DNA of 64,000 nucleotides, from contig JACKBX010000013.1 of the NCBI GenBank assembly GCA_020634375.1, forward strand, positions 23,127 through 87,126, in the 5' to 3' direction. The translations under genes and the position numbers were made by a program. Positions 18,263-28,200 of this stretch are shown here, piece by piece. Position 1 is the first letter of the stretch. Every line of letters starts with the position of its first letter. This DNA comes from Ardenticatenaceae bacterium. GTDB taxonomy: Bacteria; Chloroflexota; Anaerolineae; Promineifilales; Promineifilaceae. The notes below the pieces were generated by a model. The model was not told where the DNA came from and searched no databases. It worked only from the letters and a program-made list of their open reading frames with translations.

Positions 18263-19816
18263 CAGCTCCGCCCGCTTCTCGCCCGCCATCATCAACCCCA
18301 ACTCCTCAATCGTCACTTCATCGCTGTTCACAATGCCCATCACCTCGCCGCCAAACAGCACGACGATGCGGTCAGACAAGGCTTTCACTTCGTCCAGGTC
18401 TTCGGAAATGAGCAGCGTCGCCAACCCTTCGGCACGCTGCTTCAGCAGTTGGTTGTGAATGTACTCGGTTGCGCCAATGTCTACGCCGCGTGTGGGCTGC
18501 GCGGCAATGAGAATACGCGGCTGCCGCGCCAATTCGCGGGCCAAAATCAGTTTTTGGATGTTGCCGCCAGAAAGGTTTTTCGCCGGTGTATCGCGGCTGG
18601 GGGTCTTGACACGAAACGCCGTGATGAGTTTTTTGGCGTGTTCAGCGATGTACTTGAAGGCCAGGAAAATACCGTTGCTAAACGGCCGTCGCACATAATC
18701 TTGCAAAATCAAATTCTCGGCCACGCTAAAATCTTTGACCACACCATCGTGCATCCGTTCTTCCGGGATGTACGAGAGGCCAATCTTGAACATTTGCGCC
18801 GGACTTAGGTCGGTGATGTCGTCGTTTTCGAGATAGATACGGCCGTTCGTCACCTCATGCAGCCCCGCAATACCCCGCGCCAACGGCCGTTGCCCATTTC
18901 CAGACACGCCCGCCACACCCACAATCTCGCCACTGTGAACGTCAAAGCTCACATGTTTCAAAATGGGTACGCCATCTTCATTAATCGCGTTCACATTGTC
19001 CAGTTTCAGCCGCACCGGGCCGCGCTCGGCAGGTGGGCGATGCCGTTCTAGCAGCACATCCCGCCCCACCATCATGCTCGCCAGGTCTTGCTTGGTCGCT
19101 CCGGCAGTGGGGCGCGTACCCATCGCACGGCCGTCCCGCAGCACCGTCACCCGGTCCGTCAGCGCCAAAATCTCGCCCAACTTATGCGAGATAAAAATAA
19201 GCGCGTGCCCATCCGCCGCCATTTGCCGGAAAATGACAAACAGGTCGTCCACTTCTTGAGGCGTGAGAACGGCCGTAGGCTCATCCAACACCAACAACGC
19301 CGCCCCACGATACAACGCCTTCACAATCTCCACCCGCTGCCGCTCCCCCACCGCCAGCTTCGAGATCACCGAATTCGGGTTCACCTGCAAGCCATACTTC
19401 TCCGCCAACTTGCGGATACGCGCCGAAACCACATCCAAATCCAGACGCGGCTCCCGCGAAGAAGGCAGCCCCAACGCCACATTCTCCGCCACCGTCATAT
19501 TATCCACCAACATAAAATGCTGATGAATCATGCCAATGCCATACTTAATCGAATCCGTCGGCGAATGAATCACAATGCGCTCACCATTGAGAAAAACCTC
19601 CCCCTCATCCGGTTGATACAGCCCATAGAGAATTTTCATCAACGTACTCTTACCGGCCCCATTCTCGCCCAACAGCGCATGAATTTCGCCAGCCTTCACG
19701 TCAAAATTCACATGATCGCTCGCCAACACACCGGGGAACCGCTTCACAATGCCCCGCATCTCCAACGACTCAATACGCGGCAAACCAGATGGGAGAAGAT
19801 TGCTGCTATTCGCCAT
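18257..19816 (-). CDS. ABC transporter ATP-binding protein with two fused ATPase domains (BMP/nucleoside or simple-sugar uptake type)
   Basis: GENGAGKST plus [11 protein letters not shown] plus LLVLDEPT, then a second half with [15 protein letters not shown]. The start is set at MANSS (19816), because the upstream codons are heptamer-repeat DNA. Confidence 0.9.
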   Translation of the reverse strand: MANSSNLLPSGLPRIESLEMRGIVKRFPGVLASDHVNFDVKAGEIHALLGENGAGKSTLMKILYGLYQPDEGEVFLNGERIVIHSPTDSIKYGIGMIHQHFMLVDNMTVAENVALGLPSSREPRLDLDVVSARIRKLAEKYGLQVNPNSVISKLAVGERQRVEIVKALYRGAALLVLDEPTAVLTPQEVDDLFVIFRQMAADGHALIFISHKLGEILALTDRVTVLRDGRAMGTRPTAGATKQDLASMMVGRDVLLERHRPPAERGPVRLKLDNVNAINEDGVPILKHVSFDVHSGEIVGVAGVSGNGQRPLARGIAGLHEVTNGRIYLENDDITDLSPAQMFKIGLSYIPEERMHDGVVKDFSVAENLILQDYVRRPFSNGIFLAFKYIAEHAKKLITAFRVKTPSRDTPAKNLSGGNIQKLILARELARQPRILIAAQPTRGVDIGATEYIHNQLLKQRAEGLATLLISEDLDEVKALSDRIVVLFGGEVMGIVNSDEVTIEELGLMMAGEKRAELA

Positions 19817-19837
19817 ATCGCCAATCCCCAACAAATA

Positions 19838-19894
19838 GTGAATGGCAAATGGCATTCACCATTCACCATTCACTATTTACAATTCATTATTCGT
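19838..19894. repeat. Heptamer tandem repeat (CATTCAC x3 plus degenerate units) preceded by its complement GTGAATGG
   Basis: Read directly: GTGAATGGCAAATGG CATTCAC CATTCAC CATTCAC TATTTAC AATTCAT TATTCGT. Confidence 0.7.
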
Positions 19895-21969
19895 CAGCTT
19901 CTCGGTTCGGGCACAATCTCAATGCTGCCATCAATAATGCCCTGCTCGGCAGCCTGAGCCGCTTCCACAGCATCCGCTGGCAAGCTGTCGCTGTAGATCA
20001 TGCGCTGGCCGCCATTTTCCAGCGTCAATTGGAACACCTGGTTGCCATAATCACCAGACTGATTTGCCTGAATCATCGCCAACAGGGTCGGCTTCCAGTC
20101 ATACAGCACCGTCGCTACAACCACATCCGGGGCCAACGGGCTTTGGTCAGCCTGCACACCCATCCAATAAACGCCGGCCTCTTTGGCAACACCAATCGCG
20201 CCTACCACCTGCTGCGCCGAGCCGGTGAGGATGTCTGCGCCAGCGGCAATTTGCGTATTCGCCGCTTCCGCTGCCAATGCCGTATCACCAAAGGAACCAG
20301 TGAAGGAGACATTCACCTGCGCATCTGGGTTGGTGTCGCGCACGCCCGCCACAAAGCCATCTACATGCAGCTTGGCATCGCCAGCGTCCACCGGGCCAAC
20401 CAACCCAATAACGCCCGATTCAGTCAAATTGGCAGCCAATACACCGCTGACATAGCCACCCTGCTCCAAACGCGGGTCATAGGCAAAGACGTTGCTTACG
20501 CCTTCGTCCGCGCCGGTGTTGGTGGTTGTGCCCCAGGCAAAGCTGGTTTCGGGATAATCGGGAGCAATCTCAAACAGGGATGTGCCATATTGTGCGCCGT
20601 GCGCAATCACCAGGTTGTAACCGCTGTCGGCATAGTCGCGGATGGCGGCTGCCGCATCGGTGACGTTGAACATATTCTCGGTGTAGGCAATCTCGAAATT
20701 ATCTTCGCCGTAGTACGCTTGCAGTTCGGCCAGCGAATCGTACATGGACTGGCTCCAGGCCAGGTCGGTGATGGTGCTGGGCATGACCAGGGCAATGCGC
20801 ACCGGTTCAATTTCGGGATATTCGGCGGCCATGTCGCCTGCATCGGCCATCATTTCGCCGCTGATCATCGCCATCACGTCAATGCTGCCATCGGAAATCA
20901 TTGCGGCGGCTTCATCTGCGGCAGCAACGGCGTCAGCATTCAGCCCATCCGCAAACTGCATGACCAACCCGCCGTTTTTCAGGGTGAGGACGTAGGCGGT
21001 TCCGCCATATTCGCCAGCCTGATTCTTTTGCAGCATGTCGGACAACACGCCTTGCCAATCGTACACTTGGGAGGCTACAACAATGTCGGGGGCCAGGGAG
21101 CTTTGGTCTGCTTGCGTGCCCATCCAGAAAACACCCTGCTCTTTGGCAACGCCGATTGCACCCACTACTTGTTGGGCGGAGCCGGTGAGGATGTCGGCGC
21201 CAGCAGCGATGTGTGTGTTGGCCGCTTCCGCAGCCAGGGCGGTGTCGCCGAAGGAGCCAGTGTAGGAAACATTGACCTGCACGTCGGGGTTGGCGTATGT
21301 TGCGCCAGCGACGAAACCGTCAATGTAGAGCTTGGCATCGCCTGCTTCTACGGGGCCAACCACGCCCAACACGCCACTTTCGCTGAGATTGGCGGCGAGG
21401 ACACCGTTGATGAAGCCGCCCTGTTCGGCGCGGGCTTCGTAAGCGAAGATGTTTTCCAGACCCTGGTCTTTGCCGGTGTCTACGGCCGTTCCCCAGGCGA
21501 AACTCGTCTCCGGGAAATCCGGGGCAATCTCGAACAGGGATGTGCCGTACTGCGTGCCGTGCGCGATAACGAGGTTGAACCCATCGGCGGCATAGTCACG
21601 AATAGCGGCGGCAGCATCGGTCACGTTGAACATATTCTCGGTGTAGGCAATTTCTACATTGTCAGGGCCGCCCGCCTCTTCTTGAATGCGTACCAGCGCA
21701 TCGTACAACGACTGGCTCCAGGCCAGGTCGGTGATGGTGCTGGGCATGACGATTGCTACACGTACGGATTCCAGTCCGGCCACATCTGCTTCGGCAGAAA
21801 CGTCAGCGACAGTTTCTTCGGCTGGTTCGGCTGTATTTTCGGTGGTATTGGGTTCGGAAACGGCCGTGTTATCTGCCATATCCTCATTCCCATTTGTATT
21901 GCCACCACCACAGCTCACCAGCAACAGTCCAAAAATCAACAACAACGTCAACATTCTACTTAGCTTCAT
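19894..21969 (-). CDS. BMP-family (PnrA/Med-like) ABC substrate-binding lipoprotein with two tandem binding domains
   Basis: AAGGAG RBS. Lipobox LLLVSCGG. Two homologous halves, VAIVMPSTITDLAWSQSLYDAL.. and IALVMPSTITDLAWSQSMYDSL.., each ending ..GSFGDTALAAEAANT.IAAGADILTGSAQQVVGAIGVAKE. Confidence 0.85.
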   Translation of the reverse strand: MKLSRMLTLLLIFGLLLVSCGGGNTNGNEDMADNTAVSEPNTTENTAEPAEETVADVSAEADVAGLESVRVAIVMPSTITDLAWSQSLYDALVRIQEEAGGPDNVEIAYTENMFNVTDAAAAIRDYAADGFNLVIAHGTQYGTSLFEIAPDFPETSFAWGTAVDTGKDQGLENIFAYEARAEQGGFINGVLAANLSESGVLGVVGPVEAGDAKLYIDGFVAGATYANPDVQVNVSYTGSFGDTALAAEAANTHIAAGADILTGSAQQVVGAIGVAKEQGVFWMGTQADQSSLAPDIVVASQVYDWQGVLSDMLQKNQAGEYGGTAYVLTLKNGGLVMQFADGLNADAVAAADEAAAMISDGSIDVMAMISGEMMADAGDMAAEYPEIEPVRIALVMPSTITDLAWSQSMYDSLAELQAYYGEDNFEIAYTENMFNVTDAAAAIRDYADSGYNLVIAHGAQYGTSLFEIAPDYPETSFAWGTTTNTGADEGVSNVFAYDPRLEQGGYVSGVLAANLTESGVIGLVGPVDAGDAKLHVDGFVAGVRDTNPDAQVNVSFTGSFGDTALAAEAANTQIAAGADILTGSAQQVVGAIGVAKEAGVYWMGVQADQSPLAPDVVVATVLYDWKPTLLAMIQANQSGDYGNQVFQLTLENGGQRMIYSDSLPADAVEAAQAAEQGIIDGSIEIVPEPRS

Positions 21970-21991
21970 GATCTTCTCCTTCTCAAAAAGA

Positions 21992-22942
21992 TTAATTTTC
22001 ACCTCGCGCAAACGGCTTAGTCAGCGCCGCAGGTTGCAAAGCACGGCGGAATGGCAGCGCCAGCGCGAGAATGGTTAATAGATAAGGCAGCATTACTGCC
22101 ACGTCGGAGGGAATATTCAAATTGAGCACCTGCACCCATAATTGCAGCGCATTCACCGTGCTGAAGAGCAATGCACCCAGCAACACGCCACCGGGCTTCC
22201 AACTGCCAAAGTAGACCAGGGCCACTGCGATAAAGCCCATACCATTGGTCATGTTTTCTTGATAGATATTCAACAGGGAAATGGAAAGCGATGCGCCTGC
22301 CAACCCGGCCAGGACACCGCCAACTGTCACAGAGGCATAGCGCACACGATTGACACTGACGCCCAATGAATCGGCCGCTTCTGGATTTTGGCCTACAGCA
22401 CGAATTTTTAGCCCCCAGGTGGTGCGGTTGAGTATCCACCAGGCCAGGGGAACCAGTGCAAATGCGCCATACGTAACCAGGCTGTGGCTAAAGAATATGT
22501 CGCCCAGCACAGGCACATCGGCCAGACAAAAGCTATCGCCAAAGCAAAAGCGCAGTTCGGAAAATCCCTTCACCCCTTCTACTGTGCCCAACATGGTCTT
22601 GAACAGCAGACTGGACATGCCCAGTCCAAACATGTAGAGGCCGATACCGCTAATGCCTTGCTCGGCCTGGTATGTAATGCTAACTACGCAAAGGATGAGA
22701 GCCATCACTGCGCCGACCAATCCGGCGGCAAGCAGCCCCAGCCAGGGATTATGGGTTTGGAAGACGGTGTAAAAACCGAAGAATGCCCCCATGAGCATGA
22801 TGCCATCTACACCTAAATTCAACACGCCGGAACGTTGTGAAAAGGTTTCGCCAATGGCAGCATACAAATAAGGGGTTGCCAAACGAATACCGGAGTGAAT
22901 GATGCCTAATAATATGGCGGCCGTGGTAAGGTCTTCGTTCAT
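21992..22942 (-). CDS. ABC transporter permease (BMP/nucleoside type)
   Basis: Polytopic membrane protein. Overlaps the upstream permease by 4 nt. Part of a minus-strand operon with the SBP and ATPase. Confidence 0.85.
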   Translation of the reverse strand: MNEDLTTAAILLGIIHSGIRLATPYLYAAIGETFSQRSGVLNLGVDGIMLMGAFFGFYTVFQTHNPWLGLLAAGLVGAVMALILCVVSITYQAEQGISGIGLYMFGLGMSSLLFKTMLGTVEGVKGFSELRFCFGDSFCLADVPVLGDIFFSHSLVTYGAFALVPLAWWILNRTTWGLKIRAVGQNPEAADSLGVSVNRVRYASVTVGGVLAGLAGASLSISLLNIYQENMTNGMGFIAVALVYFGSWKPGGVLLGALLFSTVNALQLWVQVLNLNIPSDVAVMLPYLLTILALALPFRRALQPAALTKPFARGEN

Positions 22943-24186
22943 GCCTGTGCCTCCGCAGGATTAGGTTCGGTTGGTGTTGTATCGGTCGGTTTCTCGTCGC
23001 TGTCTACAGATACGCGGCGGGTGCTGCGCTTGCGCACGAAGTAGTCTGTGCTGACAACGAACAGCACGACTAGCCCCAACACGGCGACGATGAGTACCTG
23101 CGGGATTTGCATGGCCCGCTGCATTTTGTCGCCACCGACTAACAAGCCTCCGAATAAGATGGAAGAGGGGATGATGCCAAGTGGGTGTAGTTTGCCAAAC
23201 AGGGCAGCCACAATGCCTGAGAAGCCGTAGCCTGCGGAAACGGCCGTTGGCTCAAACATCCTGTGATGCAACCCCAAAATCTCCACAGCCCCCGCCAACC
23301 CGGCAAACGCCCCGCTCAACGTCATCGAAAGCACCATTGTGCGCTTCACATTCATACCCGCATAACGCGAAGCGTGCGGATTTAGCCCGACCGCACGAAT
23401 GCGATAGCCAATCGTGGTACGCCAGAGGAAAATGTACACCAGCACAGCCATAACCACCGCAAAAATAAACCCACTGTGCAACCGCGACGGCTCCACCAGC
23501 ACACCATACACTTCCCCCAAATATCCTTGCAGCCCTAAATCCTTCGCCGATTGATCAAAACCCAGCCACTGCGCCATATCCGTAAAACGCGGCATATCAA
23601 TGACCTTTGGCAAACGAGCCGAATGCGGAATATTTGTACCCGCAGCAACCTCTGCCGGATCAATCATCACGCCACGCAACAAATAGTAGCCTATTTGAAT
23701 GGCTATTTGATTCATCATGATGGTACTGAGAATCTCATTGACGCCAAGCTGTGCTTTCAAAAAACCAGGGATTGCCCCCCATATCCCTCCCATCACCATC
23801 CCCGCAATTAAACCAATGCCAATACCTAGCATCCCGGGGAATTGCTCGCCTAACTGCACCCCAACAAATGTGGTAAGCAATGCTCCCACAATCATCTGCC
23901 CTTCTGCACCAATGTTGATCACACCGCCACGAAATGCAATGGCAATGCCTAGCCCCACCAACATCAGCGGAATGGACTTGACCAATGTATCGGCCAACCC
24001 ATTTTTGCTGCCAAAGGCACCAACAATCATTGCTTGATAAGCTTCGAGCGGGTTTACACCTTGTAAGAGGAGAATGACAGCCCCCACCGCAAACGCTGCG
24101 AGCACAGCCAAAAATGGTAACAGGGCATTGAAGAGCCGCCTAGAGAACAAACGGTTTGAGTTCATTTTCTGCACAATTTCCCTCAC
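22939..24186 (-). CDS. ABC transporter permease (BMP/nucleoside type). The start may be the internal MNSNRLF.
   Basis: Polytopic, with the IGAEGQM motif typical of this permease family. Confidence 0.85.
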   Translation of the reverse strand: MREIVQKMNSNRLFSRRLFNALLPFLAVLAAFAVGAVILLLQGVNPLEAYQAMIVGAFGSKNGLADTLVKSIPLMLVGLGIAIAFRGGVINIGAEGQMIVGALLTTFVGVQLGEQFPGMLGIGIGLIAGMVMGGIWGAIPGFLKAQLGVNEILSTIMMNQIAIQIGYYLLRGVMIDPAEVAAGTNIPHSARLPKVIDMPRFTDMAQWLGFDQSAKDLGLQGYLGEVYGVLVEPSRLHSGFIFAVVMAVLVYIFLWRTTIGYRIRAVGLNPHASRYAGMNVKRTMVLSMTLSGAFAGLAGAVEILGLHHRMFEPTAVSAGYGFSGIVAALFGKLHPLGIIPSSILFGGLLVGGDKMQRAMQIPQVLIVAVLGLVVLFVVSTDYFVRKRSTRRVSVDSDEKPTDTTPTEPNPAEAQA

Positions 24187-24599
24187 TTTGATCAGGCGTC
24201 TTACGATATTTCTACTGTTTAGTTACATTCCCGACAATTAACCAGTTCTAGGACTTTTTGACTAGTGACGAATGTCATTTGTCCATTATCGATTTGTAAT
24301 TGTTTGTGTAAAGTAGTCTTTTAAATTCACATACGCGCTAGTGATCATATCAAAAAGCAGGTCGTGATTTCAAAAAAAATCCACTTAGCAAAAACTTAAT
24401 GGGGAGAGTAAAATTGATTCACTTGCGCTGGAATAAATATACCAGTTTAAGTCAAGGAGGGCGCATTGTTTAAATTTAGATGCCTGTTAAGACAAGAACC
24501 ATGACTTTCTTCACTTTACAAGTTTTCATAAATCATTTACATTTCTAGCTGTCATGTTTTTTTATTAACAGTCTATTTTTCTTTAAGAGGAGTAATTTT

Positions 24600-25055
24600 A
24601 TGAACATTCCAAAGAGAGAAGAGGGGCAGGGTCTCGTTGAGTATGCCCTCGTCCTGGTTCTGGTCGCAGTCGCTATCATCATCATTTTGACAATCTTGGG
24701 TTCTTCGGTTGCGCTGGTGTATGTGCGTGTCGCAGGTGGTTTCAGTGGGCAGTCTATTACCGGCTCAGGCACAGAATATGTTGTATTGAATGCTGATATT
24801 TCTGTTAGCGGCGCTTTATCTTGCAACGTAACGATTAACAATGCTACTGTAGCCGTCATCGAAGATGGCAAGCTGCTGGAAGATGATAATTCTGGCAATA
24901 TCTCTGTTTCAGCGCCTGGGGGGTCTGCCTCAATGTCTGGTACAACCAACAACATTGGTTTGGCGGATGGATTGAGCACCTCGCTCAGTGGTGTTACTTG
25001 TGGCAGCAGTATGTCCATCGGTAACACGGGTTACAAAGTAAAGGTCAACCCCTAA
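24600..25055 (+). CDS. Flp/Fap-type pilin-like protein with a ~100-aa C-terminal extension
   Basis: AAGAGGAG RBS. The class-III prepilin signature EGQG/LVEYALVLVLVAVAIIII is present. Typical Flp pilins are about 50-70 aa. The extension contains two Cys. Confidence 0.7.
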   Translation: MNIPKREEGQGLVEYALVLVLVAVAIIIILTILGSSVALVYVRVAGGFSGQSITGSGTEYVVLNADISVSGALSCNVTINNATVAVIEDGKLLEDDNSGNISVSAPGGSASMSGTTNNIGLADGLSTSLSGVTCGSSMSIGNTGYKVKVNP

Positions 25056-25201
25056 CGCTCCTGCTTTGAGACTTGAATGAACACAACTGTTCCAGCCCAA
25101 AATTCTGGTGCTGTCGTTTTTTGCATATTTCTGATGGGAACGGGCTGCCCGCCCGCTCCGCCAATTTCGTTTTAACACTCGTTGTTGTAGAAAGGTGATT
25201 T

Positions 25202-28200
25202 ATGTCGCAGTCTGACTCCTCTCCTCGTTCTCGTGTTATGTCTTTTCAACGTATCGGGTATGTTAGTTTTTTGCCACTGTTGGCATTGGTGTTGCTGGCC
25301 GCTCTCATCTGGTTGATGGGAGCCAGACCCACGCAAGCCTCGCCCACCAATACGATCTTCTATGTCACCGATGCTGGTTCTGGCAGTACCTGTTCGCAGG
25401 CATTGCCGTGTGCGCTGCAAACGGCCGTTACCAACGCCGCCGCCGGTGATGAAGTCCACGTCGCGGGCGGGACTTACACCGATTCTGGCCCCGCCGTTGT
25501 CACCGTCACCACCGCCATTACCCTGACAGGCGGCTACGATGCTGCCAACTGGGGCACATCCCCCAACACACAGCTCAACCCCACAATTCTGGACGGGGAG
25601 TCAACCCGGCAAGTTGTGCGCATCGAAGGGGACATCAATCCGGTCATCGAGAACTTTGAGATTGTAAACGGCCGTACCGGCACATCCCCCTACGACAAGG
25701 GCGCGGGCATCTACAACGAAAGCGGCTCCCCCCTCATCCGCAACAACGACATCCACAACAACCAGGCCACCGCCGGTTCCGTCATTGGCGGCGGCATCTA
25801 TGATGGCGGCTCGGCAACCATCGAGTCCAATCTAATCCACAACAACAGCACGGGCAACAATGGACAAGGCGGCGGTATTTACATCGCCAACAGCGGCGGA
25901 ACAGCAACAACCGTCCGCCTGAACGAAATTGACAACAACAGCGCCGCCCTGGGCGCAGGTGTTGCCCTCCACAGCGGTGAGGCTACGCTGGAAGCCAACA
26001 CCCTGCATCACAACACCGCAGTGAATGGCAGCGTTATTGCCGGTGGTGGATTTTTCAACGACACAAGCAGCACAGCAGCCCTTTACAGCAACCTCTTTTA
26101 CGCCAACAGCGGCCCGCTAGGTGGCGGGTTGGCCCTCACTGGCGACAGCACATTATGGAACAACACTATCGCCGAAAACAGCGCCAGCAGTCAGGGCGGT
26201 GGCATTTACGTGGGTAGTGGAACCATTCAAATTAATAACACCATCATCGCCTTCAACACCGCTTCTACCAACGACGGTATTCACGTTGCTGGGGGCACAG
26301 TCAGCGGTGGCTACAACAACGTCTATGACGACAGCATTGATCCCAGCGTCACCTTCAGCAATCCCGTCAGCGGCAACCCCAACTTCGTCAGCCCCGGCTC
26401 ACCGGATTACAACTACCACCTGCCCCCTGGCAGCCCAGATGTGGATGCTGGCGACCCGGCCACACCCGCCATCGGCGTGGACATGGACGGCCAGCCGCGC
26501 CCCTACAATGGCATTTACGACGTAGGCGCAGATGAATACGGCAATCTCGTCGCCTTTACGCTGGAACCCCCGGTAATTAACAACGATTATCAGGACAGCG
26601 GCACAATCGCCACCTACCATCACACGCTGCACAACACAGGCAACGTCGCCGACACCTACACCTTCTCCTGCTCCAACGACCAGGGTTGGAATGTGACCTG
26701 CCCCAGTTCTGTTGCGCTCAGCCCATTGGCGCAGACCACACTCTCCACGCTAGTTGAGGTGACGGGTACGGCCCGTACCCGCGCCCGCACGTTGATCACG
26801 GCCGTTTCCACCACCTCTCCCACTATTTCGCATACGGCCGTTATCGAAACCATCGTCGCCCCCCACCCTGCCCTCGACTTCACACCCAACTACTCCGCCA
26901 CCGTGCTGCCCGGCGAAACATTCACCTACACCCACATGCTCACCAACACCGGCGACGCCCTGGAAACATTCAATATTGAATTGGTGGATGGAAGTTGGGC
27001 GCAAATTTTGCCCACCAACAACTTCCCCGTTGACCTGCTTCCTGGGGCCACCATGCCCATTCGCGTCGTCATTGCCGTGCCCGCCACCGCCCCGGAAGGG
27101 CTGCTCAACGAAACCATCATCCGCGCCAGTTCTGATTACGACCCGGCCATCGCCAAAGTGGTTACAGACACATTAATAGCCCGCCCCACAGTGGGCACAC
27201 GCTACGTCTCCCGCGATGGCGACGACACGGACAACAACTGTACGCAGGTAGATGAACCCTGTAACAGCGTAGGGCACGCCATCGGGCAGGCCTCCTTCGG
27301 CGATGAAATCCGCATCGCACGCGGAACCTATTTCGAGTCCGGCATTCCGGTCAATGACACCGTGTACCTGTCCGGCGGCTGGTCTACCAATTTCCGCAGC
27401 CAGGGGGAGCCGCGAGACACGATTATTGATGCCGAACTCACCGCCTTCATTTTTGATGTGGCCCCCGGCAGTACAGTGCGCCCCAGTTTCAGCAACATGG
27501 TGCTGCAAAATGGGGCCAGCGGTGGCCCCGGCGGCGCGGTATTTGTCGGCAGTTCGGCACAGCCAGCATTTGAACAGGTGATTTTCCAACACAATAGCGG
27601 CACGCGCGGTGGCGCTATCTACGCTGCCAGTTCGGCCGTCGTCACCATTCAAAAGAGCGAGTTCATTAACAATACGGCATCTGACAGCGGTGGTGCGCTG
27701 TACAGCAACAGCAGCATCATACTGGTGCAGCAAAGTGGTTTTTATACGAACACGGCCGTTTCCCACAGCGGCGCCATCTACATCAACGGCGGTCAGTTTG
27801 TCGCCGAAAACAACCTGTTTAGCGCCCACACCGCCGGAGGTAATGGCGGGGCGCTCTTCCTGGCAAGCGGGCAAACTAGCTTGTGGAACAACACCTTTGT
27901 CAACAACCAGGCCGGGGGCAACGGCGGGGCCATTTACAACAATGCCTCTACGGCCGTTCCGGTGGTCAATGCGCTGCTGGTGAGCAACACGGCCGTTTCT
28001 GGCGGCGCCATCTTCGACAACAGCGGCAACCTCACCCTCAGCTACAGCGACCTCTGGCAAAACAGCCTACCCGAAGTCAGCGGCGGCACATTGGGGGATG
28101 GCATCCTCCAAGCTGACCCGCTCTTCCGCGACGAATTTTTCCGTCTGGATCGCGGTTCCCCGGCACTGGATCATGGCGATCCCAACACCACCCTCACCAT

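Noticed and set aside
18227-19957. 193-aa and 289-aa + strand ORFs
   Set aside because: They are antisense to the double-ATPase ABC gene, with R/H/Q-rich junk composition.
19789-21963. 724-aa ORF on the + strand
   Set aside because: It is antisense to the BMP lipoprotein gene. Its composition is low-complexity (G/A/R/H-rich) and it has no motifs. It is a typical shadow ORF of a GC-rich gene.
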